A stretch of DNA of 29,129 nucleotides from Candidatus Micrarchaeota archaeon. Lineage in GTDB: Archaea > Micrarchaeota > Micrarchaeia > Anstonellales > Bilamarchaeaceae. The DNA lies in the NCBI GenBank assembly GCA_023247345.1, contig JAHFGR010000003.1:1-29129 (forward strand), read 5' to 3'. The position numbers and the translations under genes were made by a program. The stretch's first letter is position 1. Every line of letters begins with the position of its first letter. This document shows, one piece after another, positions 16,169 to 25,132 of this stretch. Below the pieces are notes generated by a model, which worked only from the letters and a program-made list of their open reading frames with translations, was not told where the DNA came from and searched no databases.

Positions 16169-17275
16169 CTAAAGCGGAGAATTTGGTGGCTGAGAAACAG
16201 GTTGCGAGGGTGGGTTCGAAGGCGGACTAGCAGTTGGTGGGCTTGGAGGACTAAATTCTTCCTTTGGTTTAAATACTTCTTGATCTTTTCTGCCTCTTGT
16301 TTTAAAGTATAACAAAGCTAGTATCGCAACAACAATAACTCCTATCAGGCTATTTCTTATTAACGGATCTTCTAAAAATGCGAGAAATGATTTCTGTTTT
16401 ACTTCCTCCTCCTTTATCGCAATCTTCTTTTTAACCTCGCCAGGTGTACCTTGGCCAGAAAATACACTATACTCGCCCGATTTTGCAGCAACTATTCCAA
16501 AACCGCTTAAATTGCTTTTTAAAACTTCCGTATGCCCATCAGGATAGCTTATAGTTATATCTTTACCTGCGACCGGCTTACTGCATTGTTCTACTTTTAT
16601 CGGGACGAAATCCCCTACCTTCGCAGATTCGTCGATCGTAATATCATAATTGTCGCAGCATGTACGTCTTACTAGTTTATGATTTTCAATTCTACTGCAG
16701 CTGTCATTATATTTGTCTTTTATTACTGTGCAGTTATTATCTTTACAGAATTCATCTCCTGCGCACGTATCATCAGATTCACAATAGCCTATTGGAGGGG
16801 GTGGCGGAGGAGCTGGGGTCACTTCTGTTTTTGCTTGACAAGAGAATTCACCTTCTCCAAAAACGAAATTTTTCGGGCTTGGTGCCTGATATCCGTATAA
16901 GTCATTATAACCTGGACTTCCTGATTTTGATGCCGAAAGGGTATATCTCTGCTTGTCTACGAATCCCTTTTCGAATATCGCTTCTCCGTTTTCATCAGTA
17001 GTTCGTGATGGCGACCCTATAAATCTACCACCGATAAAAACAGATGCGCCTTGCACAGGCATGCCTCTGGAATCCTTTATCACTGCTTTAATTCCAGTTG
17101 GACATATTAAAGAAACTGAAGAAATTGTTAACATTTCGCATTTTTGTACAGCACAACCTGACGGCTGGTTTACACTGCCACCGCTGTCACCGCTAGGATC
17201 TGCAAAAGAAATATTAACTGAAAAGAAAATTAGAAAGAAAATCGCGAGGATAAAAGTTATTCTTTTTGTTATCAT
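16169..17275 (-). CDS. Membrane-anchored cell-surface protein with two beta-sandwich domains, a Cys-rich insert and a Pro-rich tail
   Basis: Signal peptide; IKDSRGMPVQGASV...TTDENGEAIF (carboxypeptidase-regulatory-like); PPPPPP linker; CESDDTC...FC...C; C-terminal TM LIGVIVVAILALLYF; Pro/Ser tail. Confidence 0.78.
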   Translation of the reverse strand: MITKRITFILAIFFLIFFSVNISFADPSGDSGGSVNQPSGCAVQKCEMLTISSVSLICPTGIKAVIKDSRGMPVQGASVFIGGRFIGSPSRTTDENGEAIFEKGFVDKQRYTLSASKSGSPGYNDLYGYQAPSPKNFVFGEGEFSCQAKTEVTPAPPPPPPIGYCESDDTCAGDEFCKDNNCTVIKDKYNDSCSRIENHKLVRRTCCDNYDITIDESAKVGDFVPIKVEQCSKPVAGKDITISYPDGHTEVLKSNLSGFGIVAAKSGEYSVFSGQGTPGEVKKKIAIKEEEVKQKSFLAFLEDPLIRNSLIGVIVVAILALLYFKTRGRKDQEVFKPKEEFSPPSPPTASPPSNPPSQPVSQPPNSPL

Positions 17276-17376
17276 ATTACCATACCGTTACATTACCTAT
17301 TTACTTTAATATTTAAAAATTGGTATTAAAACCTAGAAATAGAAACTTTAATATAATTTAATCTGTTTTTCTATCT

Positions 17377-18507
17377 ATGAATTTAATTCCGCTTTTTCTA
17401 AAATTCCTAAAACTTGGTTTTACCGGTTGGGGTGGTCCGATTGGTCGAATAGCTTTAATGCATGAGGAACTAGTTGTAAAAGAAAAATGGATAGATGAGA
17501 AAAAATTCGGGAAAGTTCTAGTAGTTTATCAAGCATTGCCCGGTCCAGAGGCAACTGAACTTGCATGCTATTTTGGTTATAAAGAAAGAGGCAGAATTGG
17601 CTCAATAGTTTCTGGTTTGGGATTTATGCTACCTGGGTTTATTCTTATGCTCATTGCATCATATCTATATGTAAATTATGGATTAAAGATTCCTGAAGTG
17701 AATGCTGTTCTATATGGGATAAGACCAGTAGTAGCAGCGCTTATCATTCATGCGATTTACAAGCTAGGCAAAGCGAACATAACCGATATTAAACTAGTTG
17801 CAATTGCAGCAATCTCCCTAGTCATATTTCTGTTTACAAAAATTGATTTTCTTATAATATTGGCCGGAGCAGGGTTTGTTTCATTCTTACTTTATAACGT
17901 GAAAATAAAAAGGCCTAGTGCTAAGTCCATCTCGCCTTTTATTTTACCAATATTACAGTTTTATTCGCAGCTTCAATTGCCACAAATTCCTTTACTTTTC
18001 CTGTTATTTCTTAAAGCGGGTTTGCTGACATTTGGAGGGGCATATTCTGTTGTTGCATTCTTGCAGCAAAGTGCTGTATACGAAAATCATTGGTTAACTA
18101 ATGAGCAGTATTTGGACGGGCTGTCAATTGGCGCAGTTATGCCTGCACCAATGGTAATAATAGGTACATTCGTTGGTTATCTGGCTGGTGGAGTAACCGG
18201 AGCGATAATTGCAACTGTTGGAATATTTCTTCCTGCATTTGCATTTACACTTATGGGTTACGAATACATCGAAAAAGCAGTTGATAATAAGAAATTACAA
18301 TTTTTCTTGTTAGGTCTAACTGCATCGGTTATTGGATTAGTGGCGGCAACATGGCTGCAGCTTTTGCCTATTGCAGTTATAGATATCCCGACAATAGCAT
18401 TAGCATTAATAGCGCTTTATTTAATCATAAAAAAATTCAATTTTATAATAACAATCTTAGGAAGCGGAATAATCGGATTGATATTGAAATTTGTTATTCA
18501 TATCTAA
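17377..18507 (+). CDS. chrA: Chromate ion transporter (CHR family, bidomain)
   Basis: GFTGWGGP, LPGPEATEL, FLPG-like motif, second-half GLLTFGGAY and FLPAF. Confidence 0.92.
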   Translation: MNLIPLFLKFLKLGFTGWGGPIGRIALMHEELVVKEKWIDEKKFGKVLVVYQALPGPEATELACYFGYKERGRIGSIVSGLGFMLPGFILMLIASYLYVNYGLKIPEVNAVLYGIRPVVAALIIHAIYKLGKANITDIKLVAIAAISLVIFLFTKIDFLIILAGAGFVSFLLYNVKIKRPSAKSISPFILPILQFYSQLQLPQIPLLFLLFLKAGLLTFGGAYSVVAFLQQSAVYENHWLTNEQYLDGLSIGAVMPAPMVIIGTFVGYLAGGVTGAIIATVGIFLPAFAFTLMGYEYIEKAVDNKKLQFFLLGLTASVIGLVAATWLQLLPIAVIDIPTIALALIALYLIIKKFNFIITILGSGIIGLILKFVIHI

Positions 18508-18565
18508 GAAATCGAAACCTTAATATAAATTAACTTTGATTGTTCTCTAATTTGGTGATTTCTCA

Positions 18566-19891
18566 ATGGCTTACGAATTTAAACTTCCAGACTTAGGCGA
18601 AGGTATTCATGAAGGGGAGATTAAGAAATGGCTAGTAAAAGAAGGAGATAAAGTCAAATCAGATCAGCCTATTGCCGAGCTCGAGACAGATAAAGCAGTA
18701 GTTGAAATGCCATCTCCGAAAGGCGGCGTTGTGCTTAAATTATTTGGCAAAGAAGGAGAGAAAATAAAAGTAGGTCAAGTTCTTATTGTTATCGGGCAAG
18801 AAGGCGAAAAATATGAACAGAGGCAGGAAGCAATAGGCAGTAAGCAAGAAGCAATAGGTAGGAAGCATGAAGCTCCTCAAGCCTCAAGCCTACCGCCTAA
18901 ACCAGATGGCCCCAAGTCTCAGACTGAAATAACCATCCCTCAAGAAACTTCTACCGGCAGAGCAATGGCAACCCCATTTGTTCGCAAACTGGCGCGTGAA
19001 CTTGGCGTTGATATTGAAAAAATAAAAGGTACAGGTGAGCATGGAAGAATAAGCGAACAAGATATAAGAAATGCATCAAAAGGCGGATATGATTTCATAA
19101 AGCAGGAAGCAGTAGGCAGTAAGCAAGAAGGGCCTACAATCTATGACCTACCGCCTAAACCAGTTCAACGCATCCCAATAATTATCGAAGGTGAAGTTGA
19201 ACGCTTACCATTTCGCGGGGTTCGCAGAACAGTTGCAGAGCATATGGTTACGAGCATGCAAACTGCTATGCATGTAACGCACGTAGATGAAATTGATGTT
19301 AGCGATTTAGTTCGCATACGCGAGCAGGAAAAAGCATACGCTGAGCAAAAAGGTGTTAAACTAACTTATTTGCCATTTATCATCAAGGCAATTGTTGCTG
19401 CATTGCGCCAATTTCCGGTTTTTAACTCTAGCTTGGATGAAGAGAAAAGCGAGATGGTACTTAAGAAATACTATAATATCGGAATAGCAGTTGATACAGA
19501 AGATGGATTAATTGTTCCTGTGCTAAAAAATGCAGACAAAAAAACAATTATTAATCTTGGGAAAGAAATCGCAGAGCTAGCAGAAAAAGCACGCTCGCGA
19601 AAGCTCACGCTTGACGAGTTGCGAGGCGGTACATTTACAATTACCAACATTGGCAGCATAGGTGGAGTATTCGCAACACCTATTATCAATTATCCTGAAG
19701 TCGCGATCCTTGGCATATATCGAATGCAAGACAAAGTCGCAGTTGTAGAAGATAAAGCAGAGATAAGAAAAATGATGAATATTTCTTTGACATTTGATCA
19801 TCGGGTAATTGATGGTGCGCTTGCTGCGAGATTTGCTGTAACAATAAAAAAGCATTTGGAAGATCCTGGATTGCTGCTTGTGGACGAATAA
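18566..19891 (+). CDS. pdhC: Dihydrolipoamide acyltransferase E2
   Basis: One lipoyl domain (ETDKAVVEMPSP), peripheral subunit-binding domain (ATPFVRKLARELGVDI...GTGEHGRI), catalytic DHRVIDG; GGTGA SD. Confidence 0.96.
   Translation: MAYEFKLPDLGEGIHEGEIKKWLVKEGDKVKSDQPIAELETDKAVVEMPSPKGGVVLKLFGKEGEKIKVGQVLIVIGQEGEKYEQRQEAIGSKQEAIGRKHEAPQASSLPPKPDGPKSQTEITIPQETSTGRAMATPFVRKLARELGVDIEKIKGTGEHGRISEQDIRNASKGGYDFIKQEAVGSKQEGPTIYDLPPKPVQRIPIIIEGEVERLPFRGVRRTVAEHMVTSMQTAMHVTHVDEIDVSDLVRIREQEKAYAEQKGVKLTYLPFIIKAIVAALRQFPVFNSSLDEEKSEMVLKKYYNIGIAVDTEDGLIVPVLKNADKKTIINLGKEIAELAEKARSRKLTLDELRGGTFTITNIGSIGGVFATPIINYPEVAILGIYRMQDKVAVVEDKAEIRKMMNISLTFDHRVIDGALAARFAVTIKKHLEDPGLLLVDE
18820..18904. repeat. 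In-frame heptamer repeat element in E2 linker 1
   Basis: GAGGCAG GAAGCAA TAGGCAG TAAGCAA GAAGCAA TAGGTAG GAAGCAT GAAGCTC then GCCTCAA GCCTACC GCCTAAA; encodes RQEAIGSKQEAIGRKHEA...LPPKP. Confidence 0.8.
19099..19163. repeat. In-frame heptamer repeat element in E2 linker 2
   Basis: AAAGCAG GAAGCAG TAGGCAG TAAGCAA then GCCTACA ATCTATG ACCTACC GCCTAAA; shares GCAGGAAGCARTAGGCAGTAAGCAAGAAG and CCTACCGCCTAAACCAG with the linker 1 copy. Confidence 0.8.
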
Positions 19892-19951
19892 TTAGCGTGT
19901 TATGGGAATCTTTTCAATTTGTCAGGCAAACACATATATTTAAAAATACTT

Positions 19952-19966
19952 TAGTAATAATTACTA
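19952..19966. promoter_or_regulatory. Candidate toxin-antitoxin operator palindrome
   Basis: TAGTAAT-A-ATTACTA ends 2 nt before ATG 19969, downstream of TTTAAAAA (19939-19946). Confidence 0.6.
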
Positions 19967-19968
19967 TT

Positions 19969-20226
19969 ATGGGTGTAGCTAAAGTTACTAGAAATTATCA
20001 AGTAACAATTCCTAGAGATGTAAGAATAATGCAAAGTATTCATGTAGGTGACACCATCGTTTTTTCTGTTGAGGGAGAAAGAGTTGAAATTCTAAAATTA
20101 AAGGAAGATATCTTGGAAAAAGCATTTGGGTCATGGAAAGAAATGAAAGAAACTGGTACAGATTATGTTAAGAGAATAAGAACAGAATGGGAGACAAGGG
20201 AAAAGAGAATAAGGCGACAAAAATGA
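19969..20226 (+). CDS. AbrB/MazE/SpoVT-family antitoxin
   Basis: AKVTRNYQVTIPRDVR....I..GD.I.F swapped-hairpin motif; ATG 19969 is preferred over the track's GTG 19897. Confidence 0.9.
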   Translation: MGVAKVTRNYQVTIPRDVRIMQSIHVGDTIVFSVEGERVEILKLKEDILEKAFGSWKEMKETGTDYVKRIRTEWETREKRIRRQK

Positions 20227-20597
20227 GCTTAGTTATAGATTCAGATATCTTTATTGATACATTACGAGGGGAAGAAAATGCAGTAGAGTTTATTAGAGGT
20301 GTAGTCAAAGAAGATGTGTTTTTCTCTGCAATAACCGAAACTGAGCTATTGTCTGGTAAAGAATGTGAAGATGATAAGAAAAAAGAGGGCGTTTTGCACG
20401 TTTTGGCGCTTTTTAATAAGGTTATTGTGGATAATAAAGTGGCTCAAATAGCCGGAGATATTCGAAGAAAATATAATGTTTTAACTCCTGATGCAATAAT
20501 AGCCGCAACAGCTTTTTTAACAAATTCAGTGTTAATAACGAGAAACATTAAAGATTTTGAAAAAATCAAAGGTTTACAAGTTAAAAAACCTTATTGA
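20223..20597 (+). CDS. vapC: PIN-domain VapC toxin
   Basis: LVIDSDIFID, ITETEL, PDAIIAATA, LITRNIKDF acidic tetrad; ATGA overlap with the antitoxin stop. Confidence 0.92.
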   Translation: MSLVIDSDIFIDTLRGEENAVEFIRGVVKEDVFFSAITETELLSGKECEDDKKKEGVLHVLALFNKVIVDNKVAQIAGDIRRKYNVLTPDAIIAATAFLTNSVLITRNIKDFEKIKGLQVKKPY

Positions 20598-20610
20598 TTA
20601 AGCAAATCTT

Positions 20611-21999
20611 CTAGTTCTTCAGTATCCTAACAAATCCATGATTTCCGTCAACTTCTATCAAATCGCCAGTTTTAATTAAGTGAGTTGCATTTCTAGTCCC
20701 AACTATGCAAGGAACCCCGAATTCACGAGAAACAACTGCTGCATGGCACAATATGCCGCCTTCGTTTGTTACAATTGCTGCTGCTCGTTTTATCGCAATT
20801 ATAAAGTCCGGCGATGTCATTGAGGTTACAAGAATCTCTCCTTGCTTAATATTTTTGGCATCATGAGCACTCATTGTTACAAATGCCCTTCCTTTTACTC
20901 TGCCTTTATTTGCGATCGAGCCTTCTATTTCTATTATTTCTTTGGTATGCTGTTTTTGGCCAAATATTTCAACTTTCTTTCTTTCAATTTCATCTTCATC
21001 TATTAGAAATTCGAATTTTGCATCGTTACTATTCCATATTACCATGAAGTGCGCCATTCTTTTTTGTATCAGTTTTTTGTCAAATTTATTTTCGAATATT
21101 TCCCTTGGAATTGTATGTTTCATCTCTTTTAGGCTAAATTCATGATATTTTCCTATTGCTTCCAGTAGTCTATCCACATAGTGGAGCATCTTCATTGTAT
21201 ATTCTTTTCTATAATCCTGAAACCATGCAAAGAATTCCATTAGTTTAACTAGATTCCTTTGCTCTTCATTAAATCCCAACTCGTTCATTGCTTTTTCTTT
21301 TTCTAATACTAGTTCTTCATCTTTTTTCTCTATTTCCAGGAGATATTGTTCTGGATCTGGATATTTTTCTCTAATCTTTTTTAATTCCTCTTCAAAAAAT
21401 TCTTTTCCGAGCACTTCAGTAGTGAAATAATTATTATGTAGCCAAGAATAATTTTTAGCATGTGCTTCTAGTTCTTGATCGCTTTTAATTTGCAATAGAT
21501 CTTCGAATTCTCTACGGGAAAATGATTTCCGAACCGGAGTTGTAAGTAGAGAGAAATCTTTTTTATCTTTTGATAAATCTTCGAGAACCCTTTCTCCGTA
21601 GACGCCAACTGGTTCTGTAACACCCAATAAGAACCATCTAATCCATAAATCGTGCAATTCTCTAAATTTTTTTACTAATTCCTGTTCGCTCATGCCCCCG
21701 GAATTGTTTGAATCTTTCATGAATTGAGCTATTTTTCTAGCTTCTGTGTTTATCTCATCTTCAAATTTGCTCCATCCATTCTTTAAAAAATTTTCAACCA
21801 ATACTCTTCCCATATTATAGAAGTCCTCATTCTCGTTGTTCCAAGAGATAAGGTCATTTTTCCATATACAGATGGTTGTTGGCCAGGGTGTGCCGTGATA
21901 TTTTGTAGTAGGCTCTGCCCATGCTTCCATGCACATAAAAATTGGCGTAATTGTTGCATTTCTTTCCCAATGAAACCAAACGTCTTCTTTTGTAGTCAT
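20611..21999 (-). CDS. Protein with a C-terminal PEP-utilising mobile phosphohistidine domain and an uncharacterised helical N-terminal region
   Basis: Reads on the minus strand (CAT 21997-21999, stop CTA 20611-20613) although the track says +. C-terminus G..KG...GEILVTSMTSPD....AIVTNEGGILCHAAVVSREFGVPCIVG...GD.IEVDG..G.V. No ATP-grasp or TIM-barrel domain. The track's GTG 22008 looks like part of the SD (GTGAT). Confidence 0.9.
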   Translation of the reverse strand: MTTKEDVWFHWERNATITPIFMCMEAWAEPTTKYHGTPWPTTICIWKNDLISWNNENEDFYNMGRVLVENFLKNGWSKFEDEINTEARKIAQFMKDSNNSGGMSEQELVKKFRELHDLWIRWFLLGVTEPVGVYGERVLEDLSKDKKDFSLLTTPVRKSFSRREFEDLLQIKSDQELEAHAKNYSWLHNNYFTTEVLGKEFFEEELKKIREKYPDPEQYLLEIEKKDEELVLEKEKAMNELGFNEEQRNLVKLMEFFAWFQDYRKEYTMKMLHYVDRLLEAIGKYHEFSLKEMKHTIPREIFENKFDKKLIQKRMAHFMVIWNSNDAKFEFLIDEDEIERKKVEIFGQKQHTKEIIEIEGSIANKGRVKGRAFVTMSAHDAKNIKQGEILVTSMTSPDFIIAIKRAAAIVTNEGGILCHAAVVSREFGVPCIVGTRNATHLIKTGDLIEVDGNHGFVRILKN

Positions 22000-22035
22000 A
22001 AAAATCACTTTAGTAATTCCAATTAATTCTATATT

Positions 22036-22662
22036 TTATTTCCTGTTCTTTTCAAAATACACCTTTCCCTGTTCTACGTAATCAACGTTATCCCATTTTG
22101 GATCTCTCGGCAAACCGAGTTCTTTGCGAACTTTTTTAATACGTCCAAAATAACGCTTACAATTTTCTTGGGATTTCTCGTATACATACGCATCATGTAC
22201 TCCTTCGTACAAACCACAGTCTAAGACGTCTGCATCTTTAACCAGCTCTACATACGGATTTTTGGAAACCTCATGTTTATCGCTGTGATTATATATAGCT
22301 GTAGTAATGAGTGTGATTTCTCTAGGCGTGAATTTTTTGGTTTGCCGTAATATTCTTTTTGCTATTGGCGCACCTTTGTGTGCGTGGTCAGTAACACGAC
22401 CGGTAGTAAAGACATAAATATCATGCATAGCGCAGATAATAGCGCCAAGCTCTGGATCGAGTCCGCGTTTCTGTGCAAGAATTCGTCCGACCTGAGCTAC
22501 TGCAGAGCTGTGCTTTAACTCAAATGTTTTACTCCATGAACGCTCTTCATCTGGCGGCTTGCTTTTCAAAATTGTCTCTACTACTTTCCGCTCAATAAAT
22601 TCACAACGAGAAATTTTGTCGCCTTTGAAATGCGTATAAATTGGGTTATAGATGTATGACAT
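22036..22662 (-). CDS. HD-superfamily phosphohydrolase
   Basis: LKHS, AMHDI, DHAHKGA, IYNHS, KDADVLD metal ligands; GAGGTGAG SD. Confidence 0.9.
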   Translation of the reverse strand: MSYIYNPIYTHFKGDKISRCEFIERKVVETILKSKPPDEERSWSKTFELKHSSAVAQVGRILAQKRGLDPELGAIICAMHDIYVFTTGRVTDHAHKGAPIAKRILRQTKKFTPREITLITTAIYNHSDKHEVSKNPYVELVKDADVLDCGLYEGVHDAYVYEKSQENCKRYFGRIKKVRKELGLPRDPKWDNVDYVEQGKVYFEKNRK

Positions 22663-22715
22663 AAATTCTACTCACCTCTTGTAATTATATAAGAACATTT
22701 TAAAATATATTTATT

Positions 22716-22739
22716 TACTACTACTATTAGGTAGTAGTA
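22716..22739. promoter_or_regulatory. Candidate operator: perfect 9-bp inverted repeat with 6-bp spacer
   Basis: TACTACTAC-TATTAG-GTAGTAGTA in the 76-bp divergent gap; its last base is the A of the TrmB ATG. Confidence 0.65.
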
Positions 22740-23497
22740 TGAATACTGAAATATTAAGGAAACTTGGTTTGGGCAGCAATGAAATTCGGGTTTATCTTGC
22801 ACTACTAGAGACAGGTCAAACAACTACTGGTCCGCTTGTAAAAAAATCAGATATTCCTTCCTCAAAGATTTATTACACACTTAGTTCGCTTATCGAGAAA
22901 GGAGTGGTGAGTCATATCCTTAAAGGGAAGATAAAATGGTTTCGTGCTAATCGACCAAGTGTATTGAGGCATCTTCTAGATCTTAAAGAGCAAGAACTTG
23001 CTAATGCGAGAGAAGAACTGGAAAAATTTTTGCCAAGCTTAGAATCTGAATTTGCTTCTGAGAAACGAGATTATAATGTCGAGATTCTCGAAGGCTTACG
23101 AGGAATAAAAAGCCTTTATGACCACTCATTTGATATTTGTCAATCAGGTGAAACCATGTATACAATGGGGTATCCTCTGCTCGCTAGCCAACTTTTACAT
23201 GCATATTTTAAGGATTTTCATAAGCGAATGACAAGGCGCGGTCTAAAAGCTAAGATTATCTATGATTATGATACTTGGTTTTCAAAAGAGCGCGAACTAC
23301 GGTCACATGCCGAACAGCGTTATCTACCTAAAGGAGTGCATACTCCAGCATTTGTTCATATTTTTAGAGATTATATAGGCATCATGGTTGTCACTGAGAA
23401 ACAAAAAACCTGCATTGTAATTAAAAACAAGGAAGTTGCGGATAGTTATTTACAGTATTTCAACCTTCTTTGGAAATTAGGCAAAGAACCAAAGTAA
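22739..23497 (+). CDS. TrmB-family transcriptional regulator
   Basis: LRKLGL..NEIRVYLALL, IP.SKIY..L.SL.EKG.V winged HTH, coiled coil, C-terminal effector domain (LEGLRGIK...). Confidence 0.88.
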   Translation: MNTEILRKLGLGSNEIRVYLALLETGQTTTGPLVKKSDIPSSKIYYTLSSLIEKGVVSHILKGKIKWFRANRPSVLRHLLDLKEQELANAREELEKFLPSLESEFASEKRDYNVEILEGLRGIKSLYDHSFDICQSGETMYTMGYPLLASQLLHAYFKDFHKRMTRRGLKAKIIYDYDTWFSKERELRSHAEQRYLPKGVHTPAFVHIFRDYIGIMVVTEKQKTCIVIKNKEVADSYLQYFNLLWKLGKEPK

Positions 23498-23610
23498 ATC
23501 ATTAAAATTACTAAAGCCAATCATTAAATATCTTATTTCCGAATGAGAAACAAGGTTAAACTATACTCAATATTCAAAACCAAAACTCAAAAAGATCAGG
23601 TGATCAGTAA

Positions 23611-25041
23611 ATGGTAGTAGGAGAAATAGCAAACGGTTGCCAAGTTGCAATTATAGGCGGTGGGCCAGGTGGCTACGTTGCAGCAATACGTGCAGCGCAG
23701 CTTGGCAAAGACGTAATACTAATTGAAAAAGAGCCAAACGGACTCGGCGGCATTTGCTTACATCACGGATGCATTCCAAGCAAAGCGCTCATTTATGCAG
23801 TAGACCAGTACGAGTCTGCGCTAAATGATTTTCCAAAATTTGGCTTAACATGCGATAAAATAAATTTTGACATTAAAAAACTTCAGGCGTGGAAAGAAGA
23901 AAGCATAAACAAATTAACAAGCGGCATCGCAATGCTAATGAAAAAGTACGAAATAAATGTCATTCAGGGTGAGGCGTTTTTTGAAAACTCCAAGCGCTTG
24001 CATGTTAACACAATTCATGGTCCAACTTATGTTGAATTTGAAAAAGCGATTCTGGCAACTGGCTCAAGTACGCAGATGCTGGAAGGTTTTGAAGTAGATG
24101 GAAAACAGATTATTACTTCGACAGAAGCGCTAAAGTTTGATTATATTCCGAAGAGCATGGTTGTTATTGGCGCAGGGTATATTGCACTGGAATTAGGAAT
24201 GATGTACGCTAAGCTAGGTACAAAAGTAACATTTATTGCACGCAGCGTACTCGCATCGCAATTAGACCGGGATATTGTGAAGCCGCTTTACGATCGATGC
24301 AAACAGCTTGGTGTTGACATCTATGAATATTCAACCCCGGATCGGGTAGTGAAAGACGCAACTAAAGTTACCGTCTTCATCACATCAAAAGAAAAAGGGC
24401 AATTCGCAATCGAATCTGAGTTTGTTATGGTTGCAATAGGCAGAAAACCAAATACTCAAAATCTCGGGTTGGAAAAAACAAAAATTCAGCTCGATGAAAA
24501 AGGATTAGTCAAAGTCGATGAAAAGCGCAGAACTACTGATCCGTTTATCTATGCTATCGGCGATATAACTCCTGGTCCGATGCTCGCGCACAAAGCGTTT
24601 TTGGAAGGCAAGATCGCAGCTGAGGCAATCGCTGGTTTATCAAGCGCATACGAACCGAATTGCGTGCCAGCAGTAATATTCTCTGATCCAGAGATTGCAG
24701 AAGTAGGAATAAGCGAAAAAGACGCATTACAAAAAGGATTGAAAATAAAAGTCGGGAGATTTCCATTCTCAGCGCTTGGTCGCGCGGTAAGTGTTGGGCA
24801 AAGCGAGGGTTTTGTAAAAATAATTGCAGATGACCAATCAAATCTTATTCTTGGGATCCATATAATTGGTCCGCACGCAGGTGATATGATAAGCTCTGCT
24901 GCGCTTGGTATCGAGATGGGTTTCACGCTAGAGGATTTGGCATTAACGATCCATCCGCATCCGACATTCCCGGAAGCATTGGCAGAAGCTGCAGAAGCAA
25001 CATTGGGAAGAGCGATACATATATTTCAAAATAAAGTCTAG
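23611..25041 (+). CDS. lpdA: Dihydrolipoamide dehydrogenase E3
   Basis: GGGPGGY FAD site, GGICLHHGCIPSK disulfide, GAGYIALE, AIGDI, HPHPT..E; AGGTGA SD. Confidence 0.97.
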   Translation: MVVGEIANGCQVAIIGGGPGGYVAAIRAAQLGKDVILIEKEPNGLGGICLHHGCIPSKALIYAVDQYESALNDFPKFGLTCDKINFDIKKLQAWKEESINKLTSGIAMLMKKYEINVIQGEAFFENSKRLHVNTIHGPTYVEFEKAILATGSSTQMLEGFEVDGKQIITSTEALKFDYIPKSMVVIGAGYIALELGMMYAKLGTKVTFIARSVLASQLDRDIVKPLYDRCKQLGVDIYEYSTPDRVVKDATKVTVFITSKEKGQFAIESEFVMVAIGRKPNTQNLGLEKTKIQLDEKGLVKVDEKRRTTDPFIYAIGDITPGPMLAHKAFLEGKIAAEAIAGLSSAYEPNCVPAVIFSDPEIAEVGISEKDALQKGLKIKVGRFPFSALGRAVSVGQSEGFVKIIADDQSNLILGIHIIGPHAGDMISSAALGIEMGFTLEDLALTIHPHPTFPEALAEAAEATLGRAIHIFQNKV

Positions 25042-25132
25042 TCGGCAAATTAATTTATAAGTAAATGTTTAGTTTTCGTTTAATTGACCTTCCCTACATC
25101 TTTATATATCTTACGCGACATGTATTTCTACT

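Noticed and set aside
20611-21999. PEP synthase (ppsA) or PTS enzyme I
   Set aside because: Only the His domain is present, at the C-terminus; the nucleotide-binding and PEP/pyruvate-binding domains are missing.
20611-22008. ORF-track label of + strand for the 465-aa ORF
   Set aside because: The protein translates from the reverse complement (start CAT/CAC near 21999-22008, stop CTA at 20611).
23540-23600. Further heptamer tract before lpdA (CTCAATA TTCAAAA CCAAAAC TCAAAAA)
   Set aside because: A-rich low complexity with no complementary half and no TAGGC/GCCTA core.
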